DNA from: Burkholderiales bacterium | GTDB taxonomy: Bacteria; Pseudomonadota; Gammaproteobacteria; Burkholderiales; JACQAP01 | Assembly: GCA_035549715.1 (NCBI GenBank) | Contig: DASZQJ010000150.1 | Coordinates: 3,802 to 67,801 of the forward strand | Length of the DNA: 64,000 nucleotides | Direction: 5' to 3' | Part shown: positions 1 through 14,133 of the stretch, piece by piece | Layout of the letters: each line of letters opens with the position of its first letter | Numbering within the stretch: position 1 is the stretch's first letter | Made by a program: the position numbers and the translations under genes | The notes under the pieces: model-generated | The model's database searches: none | What the model was told of the DNA's origin: nothing | What the model saw: the letters and a program-made list of their open reading frames with translations, nothing else

Positions 1-64
1 ACGCAGGCTTGACGGGCAGCAGGATCTCGTCGGAGGCGATGCCGCCCAGGTTTGCCAAGCGCAT
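1..64 (-). CDS. mreD: Rod shape-determining protein MreD, 5' end (truncated by window edge)
   Basis: ATG at 64-62 overlaps the mreC stop (TGATG). Reads MRLANLGGIASDEILLPVKPA, matching the 'EILLPV' N-terminus of betaproteobacterial MreD. Follows mreB-mreC. Confidence 0.75.
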   Translation of the reverse strand, partial: MRLANLGGIASDEILLPVKPA

Positions 65-972
65 CAGCCGCCGCCCTTCTTCTTGCCGCGGGGCTTGGCC
101 GCCCTGGCGGCCTCCGGCACGACCGGGTACTCGGGCAGCGGCGCCAGGCGCGCCAGCACCAGCACCTGGCGGTGGCGGTTCACACCCGCGGTCGGCGTGC
201 AGGTGATCTTGGCAAAAGGGTAGGCGGCATTGCGCTCGATGTTGGACACCACGGCCACCGGCAGCCCGGCGGGATAGACGCCGTCGATGCCCGAGGTCAC
301 CAGCACGTCGCCGTTCTCGATGTCGGCATTGACGGGCATGAAGCGCAGGTCGAGCGCGCCGTCGTAGCCGATGCCGAAGACCACGGCGCGCAAGCCGTTG
401 CGCACGATCTGCACGGGCACGACCTGCTCGCGATCGGTGATGAGGGCGATCTCGGCCGTCCACGGAAAGGCGCGGGTCACCTGGCCGACCAGCCCGGTAT
501 CGTCCACCACGGCCGCCCCCTCCTCGATGTCCTGCATGGCGCCCTTGTCGATGACGATCTTGCGGCCGAAGGGATCACGGCCGAAGTACAGGATCTCCGC
601 GCTCACGGAGGACTGCTCGACACGCTCCTGCATCTCGAGCAGCGCCCGCAGGTGCAGGTTTTCGGCGATCAGCGCCTGCTGGTTCTGCAGCAGGCCCGAG
701 TTTAGGAAGTTCTCGCGCGCGAGGCGGTCGTTCTCGCGCTGCAGGGAGGACTGGGTGACGAAGAAGCTGCTCACGCGCGAGCCGACCTCGCCGGGCAGGT
801 CGGCGAGCTGCTGCAGCGGGTAGACCACCACCGCGACCACCTTGCGCATCGACTCCATGTAATGGAATCGCGCGTCGGCGTAGAGCAGGACCAGGGACAG
901 TGCGGTGAAGAACGAGAGGCGGGTAAGGAGGCTGGGGCCCCGCTTGAAGAACGGTGGCGGCGTGTATTCCAT
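64..972 (-). CDS. mreC: Rod shape-determining protein MreC
   Basis: N-terminal TM helix, coiled coil, 'GLVGQVTR', 'LVTSGIDGVYPAGLPVAVV' motifs; downstream of mreB. Confidence 0.95.
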   Translation of the reverse strand: MEYTPPPFFKRGPSLLTRLSFFTALSLVLLYADARFHYMESMRKVVAVVVYPLQQLADLPGEVGSRVSSFFVTQSSLQRENDRLARENFLNSGLLQNQQALIAENLHLRALLEMQERVEQSSVSAEILYFGRDPFGRKIVIDKGAMQDIEEGAAVVDDTGLVGQVTRAFPWTAEIALITDREQVVPVQIVRNGLRAVVFGIGYDGALDLRFMPVNADIENGDVLVTSGIDGVYPAGLPVAVVSNIERNAAYPFAKITCTPTAGVNRHRQVLVLARLAPLPEYPVVPEAARAAKPRGKKKGGG

Positions 973-976
973 CTAC

Positions 977-1118
977 GGGCGGGGGGCGGGGGACGAGGGA
1001 CGTGGGGATCCCTGCGGGACAGCGAAATTCATGGGACCAACGAGCCTGTGATGCGCGATTGCCGAATCCGGAACCGGTGGCTTTTCCCTCACCCCTCGCC
1101 CCTCATCCCTCTCCCCCC
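977..1118. repeat. Period-7 G-rich/C-rich inverted arms in the mreB-mreC gap
   Basis: Left 977-1008 GGGGCGG/GGGACGA/GGGACGT-type units. Right 1086-1113 CCCTCAC CCCTCGC CCCTCAT CCCTCTC. Confidence 0.65.
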
Positions 1119-1127
1119 GCGAAGCCC

Positions 1128-2171
<1,044 letters not shown>

Positions 2172-2365
2172 TTAGGGGGTCCAGTGAGCGATGTCGAGTG
2201 AACGAGGATCGCGGCGTCGGTTGTCGCAGTGCGGGAAAAGGATGCGCGTATGATACCCTATCGTCCTGCGCCGGTTAACAAAAACGCCGCGTTTGCGAGG
2301 GGGGCGATCCCCTCCGCCGCCGGCAACCGACGCAGCGCCCGCAATCCAGGAAAAACCCCCGGCAA

Positions 2366-2653
2366 ATGGCCCTGACCCTGAGCGACGTCCAACGCATCGC
2401 CCATCTCGCGCGGATCGAGATCACGCAAGCCGAGGCGGCCCACGCCCTGGGCGAACTCAACGACATCTTCGCCATGATCGAGCGCCTGCAGTCGGTCGAC
2501 ACCGCCGGCATCGAGCCGATGTCCCACCCACTGGGCGGCGGGCAGCGCCTGCGGGAGGATGCCGCAGCGCCGACGGGGGTGCGGGAGGCGGCCCTCGCCA
2601 ACGCGCCGGCGCAGCAGGCCGGCCTGTTCCTGGTACCCAGGGTGATCGAGTAG
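2366..2653 (+). CDS. gatC: Asp/Glu-tRNA amidotransferase subunit C
   Basis: 'IAHLARI', 'RLRED', 'FLVPRVIE'; precedes gatA. Confidence 0.97.
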   Translation: MALTLSDVQRIAHLARIEITQAEAAHALGELNDIFAMIERLQSVDTAGIEPMSHPLGGGQRLREDAAAPTGVREAALANAPAQQAGLFLVPRVIE

Positions 2654-2674
2654 CGCCGTAACTGGATAGAACCG

Positions 2675-4147
2675 ATGTCTGCCTCCGAACTTCCCCTGCG
2701 TTCCGTGGCCGATCTGGGCCGGGCGCTGGCCTCCCGCCAGGTCTCGGCCGTCGAGCTGGCGCAGGCCTATCTTTCGCGCATCGAGCGCCACCGCGACCTC
2801 AACGCCTTCCTCGACGTGCGCCCCGAGGTGACACTGGCACAGGCGCGGGACGCGGATGCACGCATCGCCCGGGGGGATGCCGGCCCCCTTGCCGGCGTGC
2901 CGATCGCCCACAAGGACATCTTCGTCACCCGCGACTACGCCTCCACCGCCGCTTCCCGCATGCTCAAGGGTTACATGAGCCCGTTCGACGCCACCGTCGT
3001 CGAGAAGCTCGCCGGGGCGGGGATGGTGGCGCTCGGCAAGCTCAATTGCGACGAGTTCGCGATGGGCTCGTCGAACGAGAACAGCCACTACGGCAACGTG
3101 CTCAACCCGTGGGACAAGACCGCGGTGCCCGGCGGGAGTTCCGGCGGGTCGGCGGCGGCCGTCGCCGCCCGCATCGCGCCGGCCGCGACGGCGACCGATA
3201 CCGGCGGCTCGATCCGCGAGCCCGCCGCGTTCTCCGGCATCACCGGGATCAAGCCGACCTACGGGCGGGCCTCGCGCTGGGGCATGATCGCCTTCGCCTC
3301 CAGCCTCGACCAGGCCGGCATCATGACCCAGTCGGCCGAGGACGCCGCGCTGATCTTCAATGCCATGCTGGGTTTCGACCCCCGGGATTCGACCAGCGTC
3401 GATCGTCCCGCGGAGGACTACACCCGGTCGCTGGGCATGGACCTGAAGGGCCTGCGCATCGGCTTGCCCAAGGAGTTCTTCGGCGAGGGCCTGCAGCCCG
3501 ACGTGGAAAAGGCGATCCGGGAGGCACTCGGGGAATACGTGCGGCTGGGGGCGGAGCTGGTCGAAATCTCGTTGCCCAACGCCGGGCTCGGCATCCCGGT
3601 CTACTACGTGATCGCGCCCGCCGAATGCTCCTCGAACCTGAGCCGGTTCGACGGGGTGCGCTACGGCCACCGCGCCGCGCACTACGAGGACCTCAACGAC
3701 ATGATGAAGAAGTCGCGCCGGGAGGGCTTCGGCCCCGAGCCGCGGCGGCGCATCCTCATCGGAACCTACGTGCTTTCGCACGGGTACTACGACGCCTACT
3801 ACCTGCAGGCGCAGAAAGTCCGGCGCCTCATCGCCGACGAATTCCAGCAGGCGTTCCGGCAGTGCGACGTCATCGCCGGTCCCGTGACCACCAGCGTGGC
3901 CTTCGGCTTCGGCGAGAAGGCGGCCGACCCGGTGTCCATGTACCTGTCGGACCTCTACACGATCCCCGGCAGCCTGGCGGGCATCCCCGGCATGAGCCTG
4001 CCCTGCGGTTTCGGCGCCAGGAACCGCCCGGTGGGACTGCAACTCATGGCCAACTACTTCGAAGAGGCGAAGCTGCTCGGCGTCGCCCACCGCTACCAGC
4101 AGGCCACCGACTGGCACAAGCGCATCCCCGCCGGATTCTCGGAATGA
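2675..4147 (+). CDS. gatA: Asp/Glu-tRNA amidotransferase subunit A
   Basis: Amidase signature '[11 protein letters not shown]', 'DTGGSIR', 'GIKPTYGR'. Confidence 0.98.
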   Translation: MSASELPLRSVADLGRALASRQVSAVELAQAYLSRIERHRDLNAFLDVRPEVTLAQARDADARIARGDAGPLAGVPIAHKDIFVTRDYASTAASRMLKGYMSPFDATVVEKLAGAGMVALGKLNCDEFAMGSSNENSHYGNVLNPWDKTAVPGGSSGGSAAAVAARIAPAATATDTGGSIREPAAFSGITGIKPTYGRASRWGMIAFASSLDQAGIMTQSAEDAALIFNAMLGFDPRDSTSVDRPAEDYTRSLGMDLKGLRIGLPKEFFGEGLQPDVEKAIREALGEYVRLGAELVEISLPNAGLGIPVYYVIAPAECSSNLSRFDGVRYGHRAAHYEDLNDMMKKSRREGFGPEPRRRILIGTYVLSHGYYDAYYLQAQKVRRLIADEFQQAFRQCDVIAGPVTTSVAFGFGEKAADPVSMYLSDLYTIPGSLAGIPGMSLPCGFGARNRPVGLQLMANYFEEAKLLGVAHRYQQATDWHKRIPAGFSE

Positions 4148-4156
4148 GTTTTCCCC

Positions 4157-4184
4157 CCTCACGCCTCTCGCCTAACGCCTCACC
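4157..4184 (+). repeat. Four imperfect heptamer units between gatA and gatB
   Basis: CCTCACG CCTCTCG CCTAACG CCTCACC. Confidence 0.7.
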
Positions 4185-4196
4185 GGGCGCAGCCCC

Positions 4197-5624
4197 ATGA
4201 ACTGGGAAATCGTCATCGGGCTGGAAACGCACGCCCAGCTTTCCACGGCGTCCAAGATCTTCTCGCCGGCGTCCACGGCGTTTGGCGCGGAGCCCAACAC
4301 CCAGGCGAGCGTGATCGACCTGGCGTTGCCCGGCACCCTGCCGGTGCTCAACCGCGGCGCGGTCGAGCGGGCGATCCGCTTCGGTCTCGCGGTCGGCGCC
4401 ACCCTCAACCGGCGCTCGATCTTCGCCCGCAAGAACTACTTCTACCCGGACCTGCCGAAGGGCTACCAGATCAGCCAGTATGAAATCCCGGTCGTGCAGG
4501 GCGGCAGCATCGCCATCCGCGTCGGGGATGCCGAGAAAATCGTGCGCCTGACCCGGGCCCACCTCGAGGAGGATGCCGGCAAGTCGCTGCACGAGGATTT
4601 CCAGGGCATGAGCGGGATCGACCTGAACCGCGCGGGCACCCCGCTGCTCGAGATCGTCTCCGAGCCGGACATGCGCTCCGCCGAGGAAGCCGTCGCCTAT
4701 GCCCGTGCCCTGCATTCCCTGGTGCGATGGATCGGCATCTGCGACGGCAACATGCAGGAAGGGTCGTTCCGCTGCGACGCCAATGTCTCGGTGCGGCGGC
4801 CCGGCGGCCCGCTGGGCACGCGCCGCGAGATCAAGAACCTCAACTCCTTCCGCTTCCTGCAGCAGGCCATCGAATACGAGGTGCGCTGGCAGATCGAGAC
4901 CCTGGAGGATGGCGGCCGGATCGAGCAGGCCACGGTGCTGTTCGACCCCGACAGGGGCGAGACACGCATGATGCGGACCAAGGAAGACGCGCACGACTAC
5001 CGCTACTTCCCGGATCCCGACCTGCTGCCCCTGGAGATCGGCGAGTCGTGGATCGAGCAGACGCGCGCGGCCATGCCGGAACTGCCGCAGGCCAAGCGCG
5101 AACGCTACGTCGCGGAATTCGGGTTGAGCCCCTACGATGCCTCCCTGCTAACGGCCAATCGCGAAACCGCGGACTATTTCGAGGCGCTGGCGGCCCGGCT
5201 GCCGAAGGAGGTCAAGCTCGGCGCCAACTGGATGATGGGCGAATTGTCCGCCCGCCTGAACCGCGAGGGCCTGGAGATCCAGGCTTCACCGATCGCCGCC
5301 GGCGCGCTGGCCGACCTGCTGGCGCGCATCGCCGACGGCACCATCTCCGGCAAGATCGCCAAGGATGTCTTCGATGCCATGTGGGCCGGCGGGGGCGGCG
5401 CCGACCAGATCATCGAGCAACAGGGGCTGAAACAGATTTCCGACTCGGGCGCGATCGAGAAGATCGTCGACGAGGTCATCGCCGCGAACGCGCAGCAGGT
5501 GGCCGATTACCGCGGCGGCAAGCAAAAGGCCTTCAACGCCCTGGTGGGCCAGGTGATGAAAGCCAGCAAGGGCAAGGCGAACCCGGCCCAGGTCAACGAA
5601 ATCCTGAAGAAACGGCTCGGCTAG
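4197..5624 (+). CDS. gatB: Asp/Glu-tRNA amidotransferase subunit B
   Basis: 'IGLETHAQL', '[17 protein letters not shown]', 'YRYFPDPDL'. Confidence 0.99.
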   Translation: MNWEIVIGLETHAQLSTASKIFSPASTAFGAEPNTQASVIDLALPGTLPVLNRGAVERAIRFGLAVGATLNRRSIFARKNYFYPDLPKGYQISQYEIPVVQGGSIAIRVGDAEKIVRLTRAHLEEDAGKSLHEDFQGMSGIDLNRAGTPLLEIVSEPDMRSAEEAVAYARALHSLVRWIGICDGNMQEGSFRCDANVSVRRPGGPLGTRREIKNLNSFRFLQQAIEYEVRWQIETLEDGGRIEQATVLFDPDRGETRMMRTKEDAHDYRYFPDPDLLPLEIGESWIEQTRAAMPELPQAKRERYVAEFGLSPYDASLLTANRETADYFEALAARLPKEVKLGANWMMGELSARLNREGLEIQASPIAAGALADLLARIADGTISGKIAKDVFDAMWAGGGGADQIIEQQGLKQISDSGAIEKIVDEVIAANAQQVADYRGGKQKAFNALVGQVMKASKGKANPAQVNEILKKRLG

Positions 5625-5631
5625 GGCGCGC

Positions 5632-6243
5632 CTAGTTCTTGGCCGTGGCGGCGGATGCGCCCTTGAGCTCGCGAAAACGCAGCTTGTCCGACTCGTAGCG
5701 CGCCCGGATGGCTTCGGCCTGCGCCTTTTTCTGGGCGACCTCGGTTTCCAGCGCCGCCACCTGCTTTTGCCTGGCGTTCACGTCCTCGATCAGGTCCGCG
5801 GGTAGCGGCTTTTGCTGGGAAGCCAGACTATCTGCCTGTTTCTTGAGGGAAAACAGTTCCTGATTGGTCTTTTGCAAGCGCGCCTCCGACGCCTTCAGCG
5901 CCTGGTTCGGCATCTCCAGCGAACGGTCGCGGGCGGCGTCGATCTCCTCTTCCCGGGTATAGGTCGCCATGAGGGCCCGGTCGCGGCGCTCGGCGCTGGC
6001 CGGCGCCGACTTCTTCTCCACCTTGGCGGGGGTCGCGACCACCTTCTCGGGCTTGCGCACGACCACGCCGTGGCGGGTCATCTCCGTCCCCTTGTTACAG
6101 TCGGTGGACGGGCTGTCCGAGTAGAAGACCTTGCCCTTCTCGTCCACACACTTGTACATGCGCTGGGCGCTCTTGGTCTGCGCCAGCGCCGGCACGGCCA
6201 GCAGGGTGACCAGGATTGCGACCGCGATGCGCGATGGGTTCAT
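5632..6243 (-). CDS. Exported DUF4124-type protein with coiled-coil C-terminus
   Basis: Signal peptide, '[15 protein letters not shown]' DUF4124-like motif, 'DRALMATY...EIDAARDR' helix; ATG overlaps the pyrE stop. Confidence 0.75.
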   Translation of the reverse strand: MNPSRIAVAILVTLLAVPALAQTKSAQRMYKCVDEKGKVFYSDSPSTDCNKGTEMTRHGVVVRKPEKVVATPAKVEKKSAPASAERRDRALMATYTREEEIDAARDRSLEMPNQALKASEARLQKTNQELFSLKKQADSLASQQKPLPADLIEDVNARQKQVAALETEVAQKKAQAEAIRARYESDKLRFRELKGASAATAKN

Positions 6244-6884
6244 TCGGCGGCTCCGTATTCCTTGCGGTAACGCCTCACCGATTGCAACTGCTGTGCCATG
6301 TCGGCACGGGCGTCCAGGAACAGGGTCAAGTCGTCCAGCGTGGCGATGCTGGCCACCGGGATGCCGTACTGGCTTTTGACTTCCTGGGTGGCGGACAGGG
6401 CGCCGATGCCCCGCTCCATGCGGTCCAGCGCGATGGCCACCCCGCAGGGCTCGGCGCCGGCCGCCCGGATGATCTGGACCGACTCCCGGACCGAAGTGCC
6501 CGCGGAGATGACGTCGTCCACGATCAGGACCCGCCCCTTGAGGGGGGCGCCCACCGTCATTCCCCCTTCGCCGTGGTCCTTGGCCTCCTTGCGATTGAAG
6601 CAGAAGGGCACATTGCGCCCTAATTCGGCAAGTGCGATGGCCACCCCGGATACCAATGGAATGCCCTTGTAGGCCGGCCCGAAGAGCATGTCGAAGGGGT
6701 GCGCCGCGGCAAGGATGGCTTTGGCGTAGAATTGCCCGAGCCTGCGCAGGGCCTCGCCGTCGTTGAACAGGCCGGCGTTGAAGAAGTAGGGCGACAGGCG
6801 TCCGGCCTTGGTCTTGAACTCGCCGAAGCAGAGTACGCCGCGGGCCAGGGCGAACTCGATGAACTCCTGCCTGAAATCACTCAT
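6240..6884 (-). CDS. pyrE: Orotate phosphoribosyltransferase
   Basis: '[13 protein letters not shown]', '[13 protein letters not shown]', PRPP loop '[10 protein letters not shown]'. Confidence 0.98.
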   Translation of the reverse strand: MSDFRQEFIEFALARGVLCFGEFKTKAGRLSPYFFNAGLFNDGEALRRLGQFYAKAILAAAHPFDMLFGPAYKGIPLVSGVAIALAELGRNVPFCFNRKEAKDHGEGGMTVGAPLKGRVLIVDDVISAGTSVRESVQIIRAAGAEPCGVAIALDRMERGIGALSATQEVKSQYGIPVASIATLDDLTLFLDARADMAQQLQSVRRYRKEYGAAE

Positions 6885-7660
6885 TGCAAATCGTCTCCCT
6901 CAACCTGAACGGCATCCGTTCAGCGGTCAGTAAAGGCTTCCTCGACTGGATGGCGCGCCAGGCCGCGGACGTGGTCTGCGTGCAGGAAATCAAGGCCCAG
7001 GAAAAGGACCTCACGGAGGCGGTCCGCAATCCCGACGGCTTCCACGGCTACTTCCACTGCGCCGAGCGCCCCGGCTACAGCGGCGTGGGCATCTACACCC
7101 GGCGCAAGCCCGACCGTGTCATCAGCGGCCTGGGCATCCCCGACATCGATGCCGAGGGCCGCTACCTCGAGGTCCAGTTCGGCAAGCTCAGCGTGGTGTC
7201 AGTATACGTGCCGTCGGGGTCGAGCTCCTCGGAGCGGCTGGCGATCAAGTTCGCGTTCATGGAGCGCTTCATCGATCCGCTGCACAAGCTGTTCACCGGC
7301 GGGCGCGACGTGATCATCTGCGGCGACTGGAACGTCGCCCACAAGGAAATCGACCTCAGGAACTGGAAGTCCAACCAGAAGAACTCCGGCTTCCTCCCGG
7401 AGGAGCGGGCCTGGTTCTCCGGCGTCATCGACAACCTCGGCTTCGTCGACGTCTTCCGCCGCCTCGACCCGCGTCCCGAGCAGTACACCTGGTGGTCCAA
7501 CCGCGGCCAGGCCTGGGCCAAGAACGTCGGGTGGCGCATCGATTACCAGATGGCGACACCCGCGGTGGCGGCCACGGCCAGGTCCTGCTCGATCTACAAG
7601 GACCAGCGCTTCAGCGACCACGCGCCCCTGACCATCGAGTATGACTACCCGCTGGGCTGA
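6884..7660 (+). CDS. xth: Exodeoxyribonuclease III / AP endonuclease
   Basis: EEP motifs NLNG, QEIK, SVYVP, GDWN, RIDY, SDH all intact; TTG start. Confidence 0.95.
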   Translation: MQIVSLNLNGIRSAVSKGFLDWMARQAADVVCVQEIKAQEKDLTEAVRNPDGFHGYFHCAERPGYSGVGIYTRRKPDRVISGLGIPDIDAEGRYLEVQFGKLSVVSVYVPSGSSSSERLAIKFAFMERFIDPLHKLFTGGRDVIICGDWNVAHKEIDLRNWKSNQKNSGFLPEERAWFSGVIDNLGFVDVFRRLDPRPEQYTWWSNRGQAWAKNVGWRIDYQMATPAVAATARSCSIYKDQRFSDHAPLTIEYDYPLG

Positions 7661-8951
7661 TCGCCTGCCCGCGGGCCTGCGTCCCTACCTGGAGCCGGCG
7701 CCGCTCGCGGCCCTGTTCCTCGGCATTTCCTCCGGCTTCCCGTTCGCGATGATCGGCGCCACGCTCACCACGCGGCTCGCCCAGTACGGCGTGACCAAGG
7801 GCTCGGTCACCGCGTTCGGCCTGACCATCCTGGCGTACAACTTCAAGTTCCTGTGGGCACCGCTCGTGGACAACGTGCGCCTGCCGCTGCTGGGCCGTTT
7901 CGGCCAGCGGCGCAGCTGGCTCTGGGTCTCGGGCCTCGCCGTCATGGCGACCGTCGCCTTCCTCGGCGCAGCCGATCCGCAGGCCGCGCTGCTCACCGTC
8001 GCCATCGCGGCCATCGCCGTCGGGATTGCGGGAGCGACCTTCGACATCGTCATCGATGCCTATCGCATCGAACTGCTCGAGCCGCGCCAGCTCGGCGCCG
8101 GCTCGGGCATGTCCCAGTACGGCTGGCGCATCGGCTCCGCGGCCGCGGGCGGGCTCGCCCTCGTCCTCGCCAGCCGCCTCGGCTGGGCCGCCGCCTACCT
8201 GGCCTGCATGGCCTTCGCCCTGCCGGCCATGCTGGTGGCGCTGGCGATGGGCGAGCCCGCCCGCCATCGCTCGCCCGCGCAGCCGCGCGGGGTGCTCGAG
8301 GCCCTGGTCGCGTACTTCGGGCCGATCGTCGAGTTCCTGCGCCGCCAGGGGGCCCTGGTGGTGCTGCTGTTCGTCCTCATCCACAAGATCGGCGACACGC
8401 TGGCCAACCTCACCCTGCGCCTGCTGTTCCAGGACCTGGGCTTCACCAACGACGAGGTGGCCTTCTACGATGTCGGGGTCGGTTTCGTGGCCCTGCTGGC
8501 CGGCGTCTTCGTGGGCGGGCTGCTGTACGAGCGCCTGGGCATGAAGCGCAGCGTGCTCGCGAGCCTGGTCCTGATGGCGGTGTCCAACCTGAGCTTCGCT
8601 GCGCTGGCGGCGGCGGGCCACAGCAACCTCGGCATGGCGGCGGCGGTGGGATTCGAGAATTTCGCCAGCGGCATCGGGGGCGTCACGGTGGTGGCCTACC
8701 TGTCCGCGCTGTGCAACCTCAGGTTCACGGCCAGCCAGTACGCGCTGCTGTCGGCGTTCGCCAGCATCGCGGGACGCCTGCTGTCGGGAACGACCGCGGG
8801 CCTGATGATCGAGGCGATCGGCTACGAGCGCTTTTACCTGCTCACGACCCTCGTGGCCCTGCCAGGCATCCTGCTGTTCTGGATGATGATGCGCTCCGGC
8901 CTCGTCGACCTGTCGCTCGGCAGCGCCGGCAGGGAAGACCGTGACGCCTGA
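7641..8951 (+). CDS. ampG: AmpG muropeptide MFS transporter
   Basis: 'LGISSGFP', 'YNFKFLWAPLVD', 'DIVIDAYRIE', 'ASQYALLS'. Confidence 0.93.
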   Translation: MTTRWADRLPAGLRPYLEPAPLAALFLGISSGFPFAMIGATLTTRLAQYGVTKGSVTAFGLTILAYNFKFLWAPLVDNVRLPLLGRFGQRRSWLWVSGLAVMATVAFLGAADPQAALLTVAIAAIAVGIAGATFDIVIDAYRIELLEPRQLGAGSGMSQYGWRIGSAAAGGLALVLASRLGWAAAYLACMAFALPAMLVALAMGEPARHRSPAQPRGVLEALVAYFGPIVEFLRRQGALVVLLFVLIHKIGDTLANLTLRLLFQDLGFTNDEVAFYDVGVGFVALLAGVFVGGLLYERLGMKRSVLASLVLMAVSNLSFAALAAAGHSNLGMAAAVGFENFASGIGGVTVVAYLSALCNLRFTASQYALLSAFASIAGRLLSGTTAGLMIEAIGYERFYLLTTLVALPGILLFWMMMRSGLVDLSLGSAGREDRDA

Positions 8952-8998
8952 CCCGGTGAACGCGCGACGAAATGCCTTTGTGACGGCACCAGCGCCCG

Positions 8999-9610
8999 TC
9001 AGTCGGACGTGCAGCGGTAGACCGCGAGGCTGCCGCGCAGGTTCGGCAGGAAGCCCACGGTGCGGCCTTCGTCCATGACCCGGCGCTCGAGGATGCGGAC
9101 GCCGTGCGCGGCGCAGAAGTCCTCGAAGTCGCCGATGGTGAAAAGGTGGATGTTGGGCGTGTCGTACCACTCGTAGGGCAGCTCGCCCGAAACCGGCATG
9201 CGGCCGCCGAGCACCTGCAGGCGGTGGCGCCAGTAGCCGAAGTTCGGAAAAGTCACGATCACCTCGCGGCCCACGCGCAGCATGTCGCGCATGATGCGCT
9301 CGGTGTGGCGCACGGCCTGCAGGGTCTGCGAGAGGATCACGTAGTCGAAGGAGCCGGACTCGAAGTCGGAGAGCCCGGATTCGAGGTCGATCTGCAGCAC
9401 GTTCACCCCGTTCTTCACGCAGGCAAGCAGCTTGGTGTCGTCGATCTCGATGCCGTAGCCCGAGACGCCGCGCGCCTCCTTCAGGTAGCGCAGCAGGGAG
9501 CCGTCGCCGCAGCCCAGGTCGAGCACGCGCGCGTCGCGCCGGATCCACTGCGCCATCGCGAGGAAATCCGCGCGTTCCGCCAGCGCGGCCGGCGCGAGGA
9601 ACGGGCTCAT
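8999..9610 (-). CDS. metW: Methionine biosynthesis protein MetW
   Basis: SAM motif 'VLDLGCGDG', 'SQTLQAV', 'WYDTPNIH'. ATG at 9610 overlaps the metX stop (ATGA). Confidence 0.95.
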   Translation of the reverse strand: MSPFLAPAALAERADFLAMAQWIRRDARVLDLGCGDGSLLRYLKEARGVSGYGIEIDDTKLLACVKNGVNVLQIDLESGLSDFESGSFDYVILSQTLQAVRHTERIMRDMLRVGREVIVTFPNFGYWRHRLQVLGGRMPVSGELPYEWYDTPNIHLFTIGDFEDFCAAHGVRILERRVMDEGRTVGFLPNLRGSLAVYRCTSD

Positions 9611-10734
9611 AGCGGGATCCTGGCCAGGTAGGCGCGGATCAGGTTGTGATAGCGCGGGTCCTCCATCAGGAAGGCATCGTGCCCCTGGGGCGCGTCGATC
9701 TCGGCGTAGGTCGCGTCCAGCCGGTTGTGCAGCAGCGACTTGACGATCTCGCGCGAGCGCGCCGGCGAGAAGCGCCAGTCCGAGGTGAACGACACCACCA
9801 GGAAGCCCGCCCTTGCCTGCTTCAGCGCCGCATTGAGGTCGCCACCGAAGGCCGCCGCCGGGTCGAAATAGTCGAGCGCCTTGGTGATGCGCAGGTAGGT
9901 GTTGGCATCGAAGCGCTCCGCGAACTTGTCGGCCTGGTAGCGCAGGTAGGACTCGACCTGGAAGTCGACGTCGAAGTTGAACTTGAACCTGCCCTCGCGC
10001 AGTTCGCGGCCGAATTTCTCGGCCATCGCGTCGTCGGAGAGGTAGGTGATGTGCCCGATCATGCGCGCGATGCGCAGGCCGCGGCGCGGCACCACGCCGT
10101 GGGAATAGAAATTCCCGCCGTGGAAGTCCGGGTCGGTGGTGATCGCCTGGCGCGCGACCTCGTTGAACGCGATGTTCTGCGTCGACAGCTTCGGGGCCGC
10201 CGCGATCACGATGGCGTGCCCCAGGCGCTCCGGCTGGCTGATCGTCCATTGCAGGGCCTGCATGGCGCCGAGGCTGCCGCCCATGACGGCGGCGAACCGC
10301 CGGATGCCCAGCCGGGTCGCCAGGCGCGACTGCGCCTCGACCCAGTCCTCGACCGTGACCACCGGGAAGTCCGCGCCCCACGGCCGCCCGGTGGCGGGAT
10401 TGGGGCTCGCAGGCCCCGTCGAGCCATGGCAGCCGCCGAGGTTGTTCACGCCGACGACGAAAAAGCGGTCCGTGTCGACCGGCTTTCCGGGTCCGATCAG
10501 GTTATCCCACCAGCCGACGTTTTCGGGCTCGTCGGCGTAGACGCCGGCCACGTGGTGGGAGGCGTTGAGCGCGTGGCAGACCAGCACGGCGTTGCTGCGC
10601 TGCGCGTTGAGCGTGCCGTAGGTCTCGTACGCGAGCTGGTAGTCCTCCAGGCGCGCACCGCTCTTGAGCGTGATGGGCTCCTCGAAGCGCTCGAACTTCG
10701 GGACGACGGTGCCGACGGAACCTTCGGGTGGCAT
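9607..10734 (-). CDS. metX: Homoserine O-acyltransferase MetX
   Basis: 'CHALNASHH', nucleophile 'GGSLG', 'GHDAFL'; paired with metW. Confidence 0.96.
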   Translation of the reverse strand: MPPEGSVGTVVPKFERFEEPITLKSGARLEDYQLAYETYGTLNAQRSNAVLVCHALNASHHVAGVYADEPENVGWWDNLIGPGKPVDTDRFFVVGVNNLGGCHGSTGPASPNPATGRPWGADFPVVTVEDWVEAQSRLATRLGIRRFAAVMGGSLGAMQALQWTISQPERLGHAIVIAAAPKLSTQNIAFNEVARQAITTDPDFHGGNFYSHGVVPRRGLRIARMIGHITYLSDDAMAEKFGRELREGRFKFNFDVDFQVESYLRYQADKFAERFDANTYLRITKALDYFDPAAAFGGDLNAALKQARAGFLVVSFTSDWRFSPARSREIVKSLLHNRLDATYAEIDAPQGHDAFLMEDPRYHNLIRAYLARIPL

Positions 10735-10777
10735 GGGTGGCGGGACGGACGGGATGGCGCGGATTATATCGCCGGCG

Positions 10778-11305
10778 CTACGAGGGCCGTTGCGCCACGG
10801 ACAACCGGCGCAGCATCTGCTGCACGGCGTCCGCCTTCATGTCGCGGAAGAGCAGCGCTTCCTCCGATTCCTTGGCGAGCACCAGGGTGTCGTCGTAGGT
10901 CATGTCCCGGCGCAAGGTGATCTCGCCCGGGGGCGCCAGGTCCACCGAGTTCTTGTCGGTGAGGCGGTAGGCGATCCGATAGCGCAGCTCGAACTCGCGC
11001 ACCCGGCCGCCGCTGGACAGCGAAAGGATGTGCTTTTCCTGGGTCTCGCCCAGGATCTTGAGCACCGCCTCGGCGTCGTCGGCAACCGGCACGATGCGCG
11101 TGCCGCTGCCGGAACGGATGGCCCGCTCGAGGTCGTTCACGAACGCAGAGTAGCCCGGCGCCTCGACGTGCAGCGATTCGAAGGGGATCGCCACCTGGCC
11201 GCGCAGCTTGAAGCCGCAGCCCCCGAGCGCGACCGCCACGCAAAGCATGGCGATCGCAAGGACTGGGTGCTGAGTGCTGAGTGCTGAGCAGGGGCGTGAG
11301 GCCAT
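10778..11305 (-). CDS. lptE: LPS assembly lipoprotein LptE
   Basis: Lipobox LGGC followed by 'GFKLRG'; '[10 protein letters not shown]'; downstream of leuS. Start codon uncertain. Confidence 0.9.
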   Translation of the reverse strand: MASRPCSALSTQHPVLAIAMLCVAVALGGCGFKLRGQVAIPFESLHVEAPGYSAFVNDLERAIRSGSGTRIVPVADDAEAVLKILGETQEKHILSLSSGGRVREFELRYRIAYRLTDKNSVDLAPPGEITLRRDMTYDDTLVLAKESEEALLFRDMKADAVQQMLRRLSVAQRPS

Positions 11306-11408
11306 CGGCAGTTTGTCTTCGATTCGTCCTGGAGCTGGTCGCTGTCGTGAATTAATGTGCGCTTTGTCCTGGCACTTACCCAGTCCTATGCACTCAGTCC
11401 TCAGTCCT
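11259..11408. repeat. Inverted heptamer arrays at the leuS-lptE junction
   Basis: Left AGGACTG GGTGCTG AGTGCTG AGTGCTG (11259-11286). Right CAGTCCT ATGCACT CAGTCCT CAGTCCT (11381-11408). CAGTCCT is the reverse complement of AGGACTG. Confidence 0.75.
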
Positions 11409-11413
11409 GTTCT

Positions 11414-14050
<2,637 letters not shown>

Positions 14051-14133
14051 TTATAGCGTCGGGTTTGCATCCGTAGCGCCCTGCCGGGCGTAATTGCAGG
14101 CGTCGTCCACGAAAATCCGAACCGGGGGTCCCC

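Noticed and set aside
6268-6280. 13-bp match (TAACGCCTCACCG) between the pyrE 3' end and the gatA-gatB heptamer array
   Set aside because: A single short match in coding sequence; it cannot be distinguished from chance without a genome-wide count.
6884-7660. Crc catabolite-repression protein
   Set aside because: All AP-endonuclease catalytic motifs (QE, Y, GDWN, D, H) are intact, whereas Crc lacks several.
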